This document shows positions 6,610-16,116 of a stretch of DNA of 64,000 nt, one piece after another. The stretch comes from a virus. The notes beneath the pieces were generated by a model that was not told the DNA's origin, ran no database searches, and saw only the letters and a list, made by a program, of their open reading frames with translations. Position 1 is the first letter of the stretch, and each line of letters starts with the position of its first letter. The position numbers were made by a program, and so were the translations under genes. The DNA lies in IMG/VR virus record IMGVR_UViG_3300043449_001175, positions 35,139-99,138 of that record; one strand, written 5' to 3'.

Positions 6610-9345
6610 ATGATATCAAACGAAGAAATTAAAGCGTTCTTGGAAGGTGGCGACCCCGAACAATTCATTGTGTCCATAGAATTTGATTATGTGACAGACG
6701 CAATCTACAAAATTAAAGAAGTTCCTGGTCAAGGAAAATCAATTCAAAAAGACCATTTTATACCTTTTGCTTGGGTCGGTGACCTAAAAGGTTTGAATTT
6801 TTATCAAGGTTCCAAAGGCTTACAAAAAGAAGCCATGTCAAAACATAAGATTGTTATTGATAAGTTAGAAACCCACGACAATGAAAGATTAGAGAATGGT
6901 TTAACCTATATGGTTAAATGTCTTGGTGGATACCGTTCGTTGGTTCAATTTTTCCGTGATGGTGGTATAGACCCTTGGGGTGATAGAGCAAAAGACAAGT
7001 TTCTTATGTTACCTCCTGTAGAACAATATCTTATTCAGAAAGAAAAAAGACTATTCAAAGGATACGAAGAATACAATGACATAACCCGATTTGTATTTGA
7101 CTTAGAAACGACTTCACTTGAACCAAAGGATGGTCGTATATTCATGATTGGAATGAAAACAAACAAAGGGTTCCACGAGGTAATTGAATGTGCCACAGAG
7201 GAAACCGAAAAGTTAGGTTTGGTTAGATTCTTTGATGCAATTAACGAACTTAAACCATCTATCATTGGTGGATACAACTCATTTAACTTTGACTGGTTGT
7301 GGATTTTTGAACGAGCTAAAGCACTTGGATTGGACATTAAGAAGATAGCTAAGTCACTTAACCCACAACGCACCATATCACAGAAAGAACAAATGTTGAA
7401 GCTCGCCAATGAGGTAGAAAAATACCCACAGACATCAATGTGGGGATACAACATCATTGATATCTTACACTCAGTTCGTAGAGCCCAAGCGATTAACTCA
7501 AACATCAAGTCGGCGGGTTTGAAATACATAACCCAATACTTAGAAATTCAAGATGAAGACCGTGTATACATTGACCACACAGAAATTGGTCCTATGTATG
7601 CTAAAAAGGAAGATTATTGGTTAAATGTTAAAAACGGAAAATACAAAAAGGCTGATAATCCACAATTTGATGACTTAGATACTCGTTTTCCTGGTACATA
7701 TACCAAGACTACAGGTGATAAAATTGTAGAGCAGTACCTTGACGATGACTTAGATGAAACCCTACGTGTGGATGACGAGTTCAACCAAGGTTCGTTCCTT
7801 TTGGCATCGTTGGTTCCCACAACTTATGAGCGTGTAAGTACGATGGGTACGGCAACTTTGTGGAAGATGATTATGTTGGCTTGGTCTTATAAGTACAACT
7901 TGGCTATCCCAGCTAAACAAGATAAGACTGACTTTGTTGGTGGATTGTCTCGTTTGATTAAAGTTGGTTATTCTACATCTGTATTGAAATTGGACTTTAG
8001 TTCACTTTATCCATCTATTCAGTTGGTTCACAATGTATTCCCCGAGTGTGATGTAACAGGTGCGATGAAAGGATTGTTGGGTTACTTTAGAAGTTCTCGT
8101 ATTATGTATAAACAATTGGCTGAAGAGTTTGAAAAGAGTGACCCTAAGAAGTCAAAGTCATATGACCGTAAACAGTTACCGATTAAAATCTTTATTAACT
8201 CAATGTTTGGAGCGTTGTCAGCACCACAAGTATTTCATTGGGGTGATATGTACATGGGGGAACAAATTACTTGTACGGGTAGACAATACTTGCGTCAGAT
8301 GATTGGTTTCTTTATGAAACGTGGATACGAACCATTGGTAATGGATACGGATGGTGTGAACTTTTCATCACCATCAGATGTTCACGAACGTAAATACATT
8401 GGTCGTGGTTTAAATTGGAAGGTAGTGGAAGGTAAAGAATACGTTGGAGCGGCTGCGGATATTGCCGAATACAATGACATATTCATGAGAGGTGAAATGG
8501 CTTTGGATAATGATGGTGTATGGCCGGCATGTATTAACTTGGCTCGTAAGAACTATGCTTTGATGACTGACAAAGGTAAAATCAAATTGGTTGGTAATAC
8601 AATTAAGTCAAAGAAACTACCAGGTTATATTGAAGAGTTCTTGGATAAAGGAATTAAGATGTTACTTCAAGGTAAGGGTAAAGATTTCATTGAATATTAT
8701 TACGAATACCTACAGAAGATTTATGATATGAAAGTTCCTTTGGCTAAAATTGCCCAAAGAGCAAGAATTAAACATTCTTTGAGTGATTATAAATTCCGTT
8801 GTACTCAAAAAACAAAAGCGGGTTCATTGATGTCACGTCAAGCACATATGGAACTTGCAATTCACCATAACTTAAGTGTGAACTTGGGTGATGTGATTAC
8901 ATACGTAAATAATGGTCAAAGAGCATCTCACGGTGATGTGGTAAAAAAAGGTGATAGTTTGGTTTTGAATTGTTATTTGTTGGACCCTGCGGAATTGGAG
9001 GCAAATCCTGATTTAACAGGAAACTATAATGTGGCAAGAGCGATTGCTACTTTTAACAAACGTATCGACCCATTATTAGTAGTATTCAAAGATGAAGTTC
9101 GTGAAGCGTTAATTGTAAATGACCCTGAAAAACGTGGAATATTTACAACCGCCCAATGTGAACTAATTAATGGACATCCATTAGGTGAAGGTGACCAAGA
9201 TGATTTGAATGATGTATTAACAATTTCTGAACAAGAAATGTCTTATTGGGGAAAACGTGGATTGGAACCTTTTTATATCTACGAAAAAGCGGAAGAAGGT
9301 TGGGAAAATCAAATAATTGGGTTACCAAATCTTCAAACCATCTGA
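6610..9345 (+). CDS. polB: DNA polymerase, family B, with 3'-5' exonuclease domain
   Basis: ExoI FDLETT, ExoII YNSFNFD, polymerase motifs DFSSLYPSI, KIFINSMFG and MDTDG, and RKNY. Confidence 0.95.
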   Translation: MISNEEIKAFLEGGDPEQFIVSIEFDYVTDAIYKIKEVPGQGKSIQKDHFIPFAWVGDLKGLNFYQGSKGLQKEAMSKHKIVIDKLETHDNERLENGLTYMVKCLGGYRSLVQFFRDGGIDPWGDRAKDKFLMLPPVEQYLIQKEKRLFKGYEEYNDITRFVFDLETTSLEPKDGRIFMIGMKTNKGFHEVIECATEETEKLGLVRFFDAINELKPSIIGGYNSFNFDWLWIFERAKALGLDIKKIAKSLNPQRTISQKEQMLKLANEVEKYPQTSMWGYNIIDILHSVRRAQAINSNIKSAGLKYITQYLEIQDEDRVYIDHTEIGPMYAKKEDYWLNVKNGKYKKADNPQFDDLDTRFPGTYTKTTGDKIVEQYLDDDLDETLRVDDEFNQGSFLLASLVPTTYERVSTMGTATLWKMIMLAWSYKYNLAIPAKQDKTDFVGGLSRLIKVGYSTSVLKLDFSSLYPSIQLVHNVFPECDVTGAMKGLLGYFRSSRIMYKQLAEEFEKSDPKKSKSYDRKQLPIKIFINSMFGALSAPQVFHWGDMYMGEQITCTGRQYLRQMIGFFMKRGYEPLVMDTDGVNFSSPSDVHERKYIGRGLNWKVVEGKEYVGAAADIAEYNDIFMRGEMALDNDGVWPACINLARKNYALMTDKGKIKLVGNTIKSKKLPGYIEEFLDKGIKMLLQGKGKDFIEYYYEYLQKIYDMKVPLAKIAQRARIKHSLSDYKFRCTQKTKAGSLMSRQAHMELAIHHNLSVNLGDVITYVNNGQRASHGDVVKKGDSLVLNCYLLDPAELEANPDLTGNYNVARAIATFNKRIDPLLVVFKDEVREALIVNDPEKRGIFTTAQCELINGHPLGEGDQDDLNDVLTISEQEMSYWGKRGLEPFYIYEKAEEGWENQIIGLPNLQTI

Positions 9346-9657
9346 AGATAAGATATACCAATATTGGTTAATAAAAACAAATTCGACACACGCACCTTTT
9401 TCAATTGTGATTTCATCCCACTCTTCATCAATAGAATTAATGTCGGGTATAATTAATACGTTTGTCATTGCTTTTATTTTAACTCTATCCGTTGTTAACG
9501 AATTTAATTTTAATATACAATTATCAATACCACGAATAACGATTGAATATTCTCCATTCGTGGTATATTGTGGTTCAGAAACAATGGCTAATTCAGAAGT
9601 TCTAATCTGAACACCATTTATGATTTTAATTGCGGGTATAGATTTAATTATTGGCAT
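9322..9657 (-). CDS. Hypothetical beta-rich protein, probably a virion component
   Basis: ORF immediately downstream of the neck gene (TAA-T-ATG coupling). Overlaps the polB 3' end convergently. Confidence 0.6.
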   Translation of the reverse strand: MPIIKSIPAIKIINGVQIRTSELAIVSEPQYTTNGEYSIVIRGIDNCILKLNSLTTDRVKIKAMTNVLIIPDINSIDEEWDEITIEKGACVEFVFINQYWYILSSDGLKIW

Positions 9658-9658
9658 A

Positions 9659-10774
9659 TTATACAACAGTAATTGGTATTGGCATTGCTCTGTATTTTAA
9701 TTGTTTGTTTAAATTTTCAGCAATTGAGGCTTCTTTTTCCATTTGTTTTTCAGGACGAAGTCTTTCTAATCTTTCTTTTAATTCTGTGACTAACATTGTT
9801 TTTTCATCTTTTGACTCGGTAGCCAAAGATGTGTAGTCCATTTGTAGTTCACTGTCTGGTGTTTTTAAATTACCACTGAATTTACCCCTAACACGAGCTA
9901 AGGTCTCTTTACAGTATGCTGTGAACCATCTTCTAACCCATTGTTTTGCGGGGTCATTTAAATCAATCCAGTTCAATTCATCTAATGGAATATCTGAAGG
10001 TAATTTTACAATATCAGGGTTATCTTTAAGACATTGGTCTCTATCAGCATCAGTAGTATCATAATACCAATACCAAACACGACCTCTCATCAATTCACTA
10101 TCACCAAAGTCAAATCTTCCACCAGGTGTGTTATACAACATAACCGCTCTTTTTCCATCAGGAAGTGCCGTTACACGATAACTAACATCAGGTTGGATAA
10201 TTCTTCTTTTAAGGTTTAAATCTTGTTGTCTTGCTAATACGTCATAAGATGAGAACATGAAATATCCTCCACCGGCACCACCTTGAGCAAATCCACCAGG
10301 TCCACCAAGTCCACCATAACCACCAAGACTTTGCATTGACCAAGGGTCAAAGAATAAGTTGTTTTGTTCTGCTGGTGAATACCATAAAAGTTCGTTAATT
10401 TCACGACCTGCGGGTATTTCATATATTTGTACGTTTTGTTGTAGTTCAAAATAATCCTTTTTAAGAACCCAAGGACCTGAATTTTGAAGACCAACAATTT
10501 TAGAATAAGCGTAAGTGTATTGTGTTTCCCAATCAAGACTTCTTCTAATTAAAGCGTTCGCTACTGATTGGGTATCCAAATTCATACCATACAATGTTGT
10601 CCATTGTGATTCAATCAACCAATCATAAAGATATTGTGTATAGTCACCGATGGATAATTCAAGTAACGAATCCATCATTTCAAATTCCAATTCAACAGCC
10701 CTCAATGGAGCACCAAGTTGATTTAAAATTCTGTTATACAGTTTGGTTCTTTCTGGTTCAGCAATAACTACCAT
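9659..10774 (-). CDS. Neck/head-tail adaptor protein (T4 gp13-like)
   Basis: N-terminal ILNQLGAPLRAVEL and C-terminal WVRRWFTAYCKETLARVRGKFSG pattern typical of gp13-like neck proteins. Confidence 0.7.
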   Translation of the reverse strand: MVVIAEPERTKLYNRILNQLGAPLRAVELEFEMMDSLLELSIGDYTQYLYDWLIESQWTTLYGMNLDTQSVANALIRRSLDWETQYTYAYSKIVGLQNSGPWVLKKDYFELQQNVQIYEIPAGREINELLWYSPAEQNNLFFDPWSMQSLGGYGGLGGPGGFAQGGAGGGYFMFSSYDVLARQQDLNLKRRIIQPDVSYRVTALPDGKRAVMLYNTPGGRFDFGDSELMRGRVWYWYYDTTDADRDQCLKDNPDIVKLPSDIPLDELNWIDLNDPAKQWVRRWFTAYCKETLARVRGKFSGNLKTPDSELQMDYTSLATESKDEKTMLVTELKERLERLRPEKQMEKEASIAENLNKQLKYRAMPIPITVV

Positions 10775-10785
10775 AGTCTTTTATA

Positions 10786-10793
10786 TATAAATA
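10786..10793 (-). promoter_or_regulatory. TATTTATA putative late promoter (minus strand)
   Basis: Plus-strand TATAAATA reads TATTTATA on the coding strand, with 11 nt between it and the neck gene ATG. Confidence 0.55.
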
Positions 10794-10801
10794 TCAAGTT
10801 A

Positions 10802-12346
10802 TTACAATTGATACAACTTGGCATCAATTGGAAAATAATAAACTCCGTCAATAATTTTTGTATTTGAGTTATCAAAGATTATCATATCATCCAAACGTTT
10901 CATAAAAATCATCCAATTTGTTTGATATTTTTTAACATTTGCGGTACCATCAACTTTATACATGTCATCACTTCTTGTTATATAACTGAATGGTTTTACT
11001 TGTGCAGTTTTTTCAACACCATCAACCATAATCTTAACATCCACACCCGTCATCATGTCTTCTTTGTTTCCAAGTTCACCAATACGAGTTACATTTTCAT
11101 CACCAAATTGTTTCTTAAGTTTTTCAACAACAGCATCTTCAGTTTTATTACCTTTGTCTGAAGTTACCCCCATCACACTCATAATTGTTTTAAATGTTTC
11201 TGACTCTAATGAAAAAACTCTAAACTTAACTTTGTTTAATGTTTTTAACATTCTTGCCATTTCATTGACTTGTTCTCTTTGTGTTTTATCTGAAAATATA
11301 ATTGGTTCTTCACCTATTTTTGTAAGATATTTGTTTAAATCTTTTTTCAAGACACAAAACGCACTGTAATTTGTATTCAAATAATTGATAACCGACCTAC
11401 CTTCACCTTCCAAATCATACACACCCGACATTTGTCCTTTAGCATATTCATCTTTGTTGTAAAATCTGTCAGCAAATGTTTCTTTTAAAATTTGCATTAT
11501 TGCATTTTTGTATAGATTAAGGACATCACGGTTTGTATTGAATAATAATTTTGATGCCATTTTGTCTTGAGTAGAACAAGGTTCACTCTTAACTCCTTCA
11601 GTTAAAAATTCTTTTGCGGTTGTAGATTCTTTTACCGTTTTGTCTAACTTTCTTGAAAGTTCAGATTCTACATAATCCCAATTCACAACTTTCCAAAAGT
11701 TTTTAATATATTCATCTCTTCTATTTCTATATCTTAGATAATATGCGTGTTCCCAAACATCTAACCCTAAAATTGGAAATCCGCCTTGGTCAACAACATC
11801 CATAAGTGGATTGTCTTGGTTGGCGGTTGTCATAATCTTTAATGTTCCTCTTTTTGTGAGAACTAACCAACACCAACCTGAACCAAATCTGTCTTTTGCT
11901 TGACCATCAAATTTCTTTTTAAAGTCAGATAAAGATGAAAAACTTTGATTGATTTTTTTGAGTGTTATTGGACCCGGTTTTGTTGTTTTTGGTGTTAACA
12001 TTTTCCAAAACAATTGGTGGTTGTAAGCACCACCCGCATTATTTCTGATGAACTTGTTGAAACTGTCAATTGTTTTAACAATTTCTTCTAAAGTCATATC
12101 CTCATCATCTTTTAATGCTCCATTTAATTTATCAACATAACCTTTGTAGTGTTTGTTGTAATGAACACTCATGGTTTCGGGGTCAATAAATTGTTTTAGT
12201 GCTGAATAAGAATAGGGTAATCTTTCTATCTTAATATTTTTGGCTTCTGTGACAACTTTTTGTACTTTTTGTTCTTGTTGTCTTTTAATTTCTTTTTTTT
12301 GTAAATCTTCTTCAATTACTTCAATCCTATTTTTAAGATTCTTCAT
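10802..12346 (-). CDS. sodA: Mn/Fe superoxide dismutase (Mn-type signatures) fused to a C-terminal PD-(D/E)XK-like domain
   Basis: LPYSYSAL, HYNKHYKGY, NNAGGAYNH, FGSGW, NQD and DVWEHAYY (all metal ligands present). An extra ~270-aa C-terminus contains E...GVD...AQVK. Confidence 0.85.
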   Translation of the reverse strand: MKNLKNRIEVIEEDLQKKEIKRQQEQKVQKVVTEAKNIKIERLPYSYSALKQFIDPETMSVHYNKHYKGYVDKLNGALKDDEDMTLEEIVKTIDSFNKFIRNNAGGAYNHQLFWKMLTPKTTKPGPITLKKINQSFSSLSDFKKKFDGQAKDRFGSGWCWLVLTKRGTLKIMTTANQDNPLMDVVDQGGFPILGLDVWEHAYYLRYRNRRDEYIKNFWKVVNWDYVESELSRKLDKTVKESTTAKEFLTEGVKSEPCSTQDKMASKLLFNTNRDVLNLYKNAIMQILKETFADRFYNKDEYAKGQMSGVYDLEGEGRSVINYLNTNYSAFCVLKKDLNKYLTKIGEEPIIFSDKTQREQVNEMARMLKTLNKVKFRVFSLESETFKTIMSVMGVTSDKGNKTEDAVVEKLKKQFGDENVTRIGELGNKEDMMTGVDVKIMVDGVEKTAQVKPFSYITRSDDMYKVDGTANVKKYQTNWMIFMKRLDDMIIFDNSNTKIIDGVYYFPIDAKLYQL

Positions 12347-12375
12347 AAGGTCGGCTTTTATTAATGTTTATTGAT

Positions 12376-12383
12376 TATAAATA
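12376..12383 (-). promoter_or_regulatory. TATTTATA putative late promoter of the SOD fusion gene, within a TCGGCTT/AAGCCGA inverted repeat
   Basis: Motif on the coding strand 29 nt before the ATG. Inverted-repeat arms at 12351-12357 and 12383-12389. Confidence 0.5.
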
Positions 12384-12396
12384 AGCCGAAGTTTGA

Positions 12397-14166
12397 TTAT
12401 CGCCTCCAATTATTTATAAGTTCCAAAATTTCTTGAACATAATCACCATTGTCCACCTTATCACCCATCACGGTTTCAAAGATGTCTTTCTTCTTTTTGA
12501 GTATGTCATAGATGATTCCTTCAACAGTATTGTCAAAAATTGGATAATAAACTAACACATTATTTTTTTGTCCATAACGGTAACTTCTATCCTCAGCTTG
12601 TGAGTGGTCGGATGGTAAAAATGATAAATCATTCATAACAACAGCTTCACCCGCAGTCAATGTGATACCAACACCCGCGGCTTTTATGTTTCCGACAAAC
12701 ACCATAACATCTTCTTCGTTTTGAAAACGGTCAACAGACATTTGTCTTTCTTTTTGTGACATTTGTCCATCAAGTCTAACTGCCTTTTTTCCAAAATGTT
12801 CCAATATCATCTCCAAAGTTTTGGTGAAGTTAGTAAAGACAATCACTTTCTTACCTTGTTCCACAATGTTCTCACAGATTTCAATTGTTGACGCAACTTT
12901 TTCTTCAGCAATCACCTGTCTTACTTTTGTAAGTTTGGTGAATTGAAGGGTTAAAGAGTCTGACTCTCCATTTTTATCGTACCAATCATAATATTCACCC
13001 ATTAAGGCTTCGTATTCTTTTGATTTAAGTCTTAAGTAAACGGGTGTGATAATTTTATCAGGTAAATCTAACACATTTTCCTTTAATCTTCTTAAAACTA
13101 AAGGTGAGGTTCGGTCTCTTAACTCTTCCAAGTTGGATGCTCCACTAACATTCCAAATTTTTCTTCTTCCTGCTTGGAATTGGAAACCATTACAATACCT
13201 TTTAACGTACGCCATCCAATTCTTGGCTACAGGACATTCAATCAAATTTAACAAATTGAAATAATTGATTGGTCTTGAAGTGATTGGTGTACCTGTTAAC
13301 AACCAAAGTCTATCGACATTGGATACAAAGTCGTTAATCAATTTAGTTCTTTGGGCTTGTTTGTTTTGAATGTAGTGTGCTTCATCAATAATCACCAAAT
13401 CAAACTTTGTTTTTAATAAAACAGAATCTGATTTCTTTTTTTCATCGTGAAAGTTTTTAATAATGTCATAGTTAATGATGATAAAATCACCATCTTCCCA
13501 TTTTTTACCCTCAATAATTGATGTTGGTCTATCTGAATAGTTTTCAATCTCACGTTGCCAGTTAATCTTCAAAGATGCTGGACAAATAATCAATACTTTC
13601 TTTGCTCCCGTTTCCAAAGCGGCAATAATAGTTGAAGTTGTTTTACCCAAACCCATGTCATCGGCAAGAATAAACTTTTTATTTTCAACCAACGATTTTA
13701 TGGCTTCTTTTTGATGTTCAAGTGGTGGACGGTGAGAATACTTTTCATAGTCAATCACCACATCCTTAACTTTATTGTCTTTTATCAAAGCAACCTTTGG
13801 AATCCAAAAGTCATACACTTGTTCTGATTCAAAGTATTTTCCCCAAATATGGTAGGCAGTATCTTTCTCAACCAAAAGTTTTTCAACATATACTTTTGTT
13901 GGAACAGATGAAAGTAATTTATCATTGGCAATTTTTTGTGCAAAGTATGAATCAAGTTCAACCCACTTTTTAGCAACTTTTGGTGCCGTTTCGTGATAAT
14001 TTATAATGTATTCTGCTTGAGCTCGGGTTGGATAAAACTTTTTATTATCAATTTGTTTTTGTCTTAAACGTATGATGTAATTATTGGCACCCTGATACCT
14101 CTCTAACAAATCAAGAGCTTTTCTTTCTAACACAGAGACATTATATGTGTTTTCAGTATTTTCCAA
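12397..14166 (-). CDS. SNF2/SWI2-family (HARP/SMARCAL1-like) helicase/translocase
   Basis: ADDMGLGKT, DEAH, LTGTP, LRRLK, AAGVGITLT and QAEDRSYRYGQ motifs. TTG start. Confidence 0.9.
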   Translation of the reverse strand: MENTENTYNVSVLERKALDLLERYQGANNYIIRLRQKQIDNKKFYPTRAQAEYIINYHETAPKVAKKWVELDSYFAQKIANDKLLSSVPTKVYVEKLLVEKDTAYHIWGKYFESEQVYDFWIPKVALIKDNKVKDVVIDYEKYSHRPPLEHQKEAIKSLVENKKFILADDMGLGKTTSTIIAALETGAKKVLIICPASLKINWQREIENYSDRPTSIIEGKKWEDGDFIIINYDIIKNFHDEKKKSDSVLLKTKFDLVIIDEAHYIQNKQAQRTKLINDFVSNVDRLWLLTGTPITSRPINYFNLLNLIECPVAKNWMAYVKRYCNGFQFQAGRRKIWNVSGASNLEELRDRTSPLVLRRLKENVLDLPDKIITPVYLRLKSKEYEALMGEYYDWYDKNGESDSLTLQFTKLTKVRQVIAEEKVASTIEICENIVEQGKKVIVFTNFTKTLEMILEHFGKKAVRLDGQMSQKERQMSVDRFQNEEDVMVFVGNIKAAGVGITLTAGEAVVMNDLSFLPSDHSQAEDRSYRYGQKNNVLVYYPIFDNTVEGIIYDILKKKKDIFETVMGDKVDNGDYVQEILELINNWRR

Positions 14167-14174
14167 TCTAACAA

Positions 14175-14203
14175 AAGATAATCAATTTCAGTATATTTAT
14201 CAA
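14175..14203 (-). promoter_or_regulatory. sigma70-like promoter for the SNF2 helicase
   Basis: Minus strand TTGATA (14203-14198), 17-nt spacer, TATCTT (14180-14175). Confidence 0.45.
14194..14200 (+). promoter_or_regulatory. TATTTAT putative late promoter
   Basis: ATG at 14206, 12-nt spacing. Confidence 0.6.
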
Positions 14204-14205
14204 GT

Positions 14206-14721
14206 ATGGCACAACAACTCGTTCCAATTACAAGATTAGGTAAATTTTTTGGTGGGGAAGATTTCTCATTAGACATTTCTATGGGTCGTGAATGGCTTGG
14301 TGGGGATATGAATTTTACCATTGTACTTTACAAGGTTGATAGAACAAAAACCCTTAATGATGATGTTTATGGTGAGGTACAACAAGACGGAATACAATTT
14401 TTAGCTCCCGTATCAATTAATGCTTATGTCAGGATTGAAGAAGCTGGAGCTCAATTTTTGGGTAGTAGTAAAATTATTCAAAATGAACCTGGTTTGTTAA
14501 AGTTTTCCGTTTATAAACAAGAACTCGCTGATTTACAAGTTGATATTGAATTGGGTGATTATGTAGGGTATTGGATTACTGAATCACAAGTTAGATATTA
14601 TTCAATAATGGATGCGGGTATTCCTGATTATGACAATAAACACACTTATGGTGGGTATAAAGGATTTTATTATTCATATACTGCAACACCTGTTAGTGAA
14701 AACGAATTTAGGGGTATATAA
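14206..14721 (+). CDS. Head completion/neck protein (T4 gp14-like)
   Basis: DDVYGE motif, size, and position before the gp15-like gene and the sheath. Confidence 0.55.
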   Translation: MAQQLVPITRLGKFFGGEDFSLDISMGREWLGGDMNFTIVLYKVDRTKTLNDDVYGEVQQDGIQFLAPVSINAYVRIEEAGAQFLGSSKIIQNEPGLLKFSVYKQELADLQVDIELGDYVGYWITESQVRYYSIMDAGIPDYDNKHTYGGYKGFYYSYTATPVSENEFRGI

Positions 14722-15845
14722 TGGCATTACCAAGAAAACGAAAGGAAATTATTCCGACAATCAATCTTAAGCCCGAAAAAATTCTTTTGGCTCGTAGAGA
14801 ACAATTGCTTGAAGATATTAAGTATGATGGAACTTATTTGCCAAAGTCGTTAATGCACCCCGAGTTAGATAGGGGATTTTTAGATTTTGTTAAAGAAGAT
14901 TTACAAACAACGGTTGCTGGTAGTATAATACCAATGATTGATTTAATTATTACCACACAAAACTGGGCTCAATTTACAGAAACTTGGGACATTCAAGATT
15001 TGAATGGTAACCCAACACTGCCGTTTATTACTGTTGTTCGTCAACCTGAAGTTAAATACGGAAGCAATCCCGCCATTATTTACAACATTCCAAATAGAAA
15101 GGAATATTTTTACGCAGCCGTTCCATCTTGGAATGGAAACATCAAAGGTTTGGATATCTATAAAATTCCACAACCAGTTCCTGTTGATATTACCTACAAT
15201 GTTAAAATTGTTTGTAATAGAATGAGAGAGTTAAATGAGTTTAACAAAAATGTAATTCAAACTTTTGCATCAAGACAAGCCTACAGACAAATCAATGGTC
15301 ATTACATTCCAATTATTATGGGGAGTATTTCAGATGAGTCAGTTGTTGAAGTACAAAAAAGAAGATTTTATATTCAGAACTATGAATTCACAATGTTAGG
15401 GTTTTTATTGGATGAAGATGAGTTTGAAGTTGCCCCTGCGGTTTCTCGTGTGTTTAATACTTTTGAGGTGTCAGCACAAACATCAAGACCAAGAAGAAAA
15501 AAATATCCTGAAAATATTGATGAATATAATTTGGGTGTTTCCGTACCTAGTGGTTCAACACAAACTGATTTAATGGTTGATTATACTGGTGATTTTAATT
15601 TATTAACAAAAATAAATGTTACAAGTTTTGATGTCTACATAAGACCACAAGGACAATTAACATTTGATTATTATGGTAGTGACGTTTCATTAATACAAGT
15701 CAACACCAACGATACTTTAAGACTTGAGGTGACAAGTCGACCTAACGCCACATTACCTTCTACATTCAATTATGCAATTAAATTGTTTGGTGTAAATAGT
15801 GATGTTCCACCACCACCAAATTCAAACGCAAATCCACATTCATGA
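14721..15845 (+). CDS. Tail terminator/sheath stabiliser (T4 gp15-like) with a C-terminal extension
   Basis: LPFITVVR and PVPVDITYNVKI pattern. Synteny with the neck and sheath genes. Confidence 0.6.
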   Translation: MALPRKRKEIIPTINLKPEKILLARREQLLEDIKYDGTYLPKSLMHPELDRGFLDFVKEDLQTTVAGSIIPMIDLIITTQNWAQFTETWDIQDLNGNPTLPFITVVRQPEVKYGSNPAIIYNIPNRKEYFYAAVPSWNGNIKGLDIYKIPQPVPVDITYNVKIVCNRMRELNEFNKNVIQTFASRQAYRQINGHYIPIIMGSISDESVVEVQKRRFYIQNYEFTMLGFLLDEDEFEVAPAVSRVFNTFEVSAQTSRPRRKKYPENIDEYNLGVSVPSGSTQTDLMVDYTGDFNLLTKINVTSFDVYIRPQGQLTFDYYGSDVSLIQVNTNDTLRLEVTSRPNATLPSTFNYAIKLFGVNSDVPPPPNSNANPHS

Positions 15846-15995
15846 TTCACCATAAATGTCTTTTTTAATTTGACATTTTTCTTTAATCAAATTTTCTAAA
15901 AACCTATACATCTTAATACCGTGTTTATCACAGTATTTCTTTAAAATATCGTGTGACTCCACTGATATCTTCAAATTCTTTATTTTCTTTTCCAT
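15840..15995 (-). CDS. Small ribbon-helix-helix (CopG/Arc-like) DNA-binding protein
   Basis: MEKKIKNLKISVESHDILKKYCDKHGIKMYRFLENLI shows an alternating beta strand, helix, G-turn and helix. Alternative ATG at 16028. Confidence 0.6.
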   Translation of the reverse strand: MEKKIKNLKISVESHDILKKYCDKHGIKMYRFLENLIKEKCQIKKDIYGES

Positions 15996-16007
15996 AGGTA
16001 GAATAAA

Positions 16008-16025
16008 GGCAGAAAATAATCTGCC
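16008..16025. promoter_or_regulatory. Inverted repeat GGCAGA-N6-TCTGCC, candidate RHH operator
   Basis: Perfect 6-bp arms between the RHH gene start and its TATTTATA motif (16031-16038, minus strand). Confidence 0.45.
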
Positions 16026-16074
16026 CATATTATAAATAGATATGATAAAGTAAAGTTTTTCTTAATTCTGTGAA

Positions 16075-16081
16075 TATTTAT
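16075..16081 (+). promoter_or_regulatory. TATTTAT putative late promoter of the tail sheath gene
   Basis: Followed by an A-rich leader. ATG at 16117. Confidence 0.55.
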
Positions 16082-16116
16082 CTATAAAATAAATAAAACT
16101 GAATAACTAAAACAAA

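Noticed and set aside
7035-7529. 164-aa antisense ORF within polB and the many other 60-115 aa nested ORFs
   Set aside because: They lie within well-supported genes and have no motifs or promoter signals; expected by chance.
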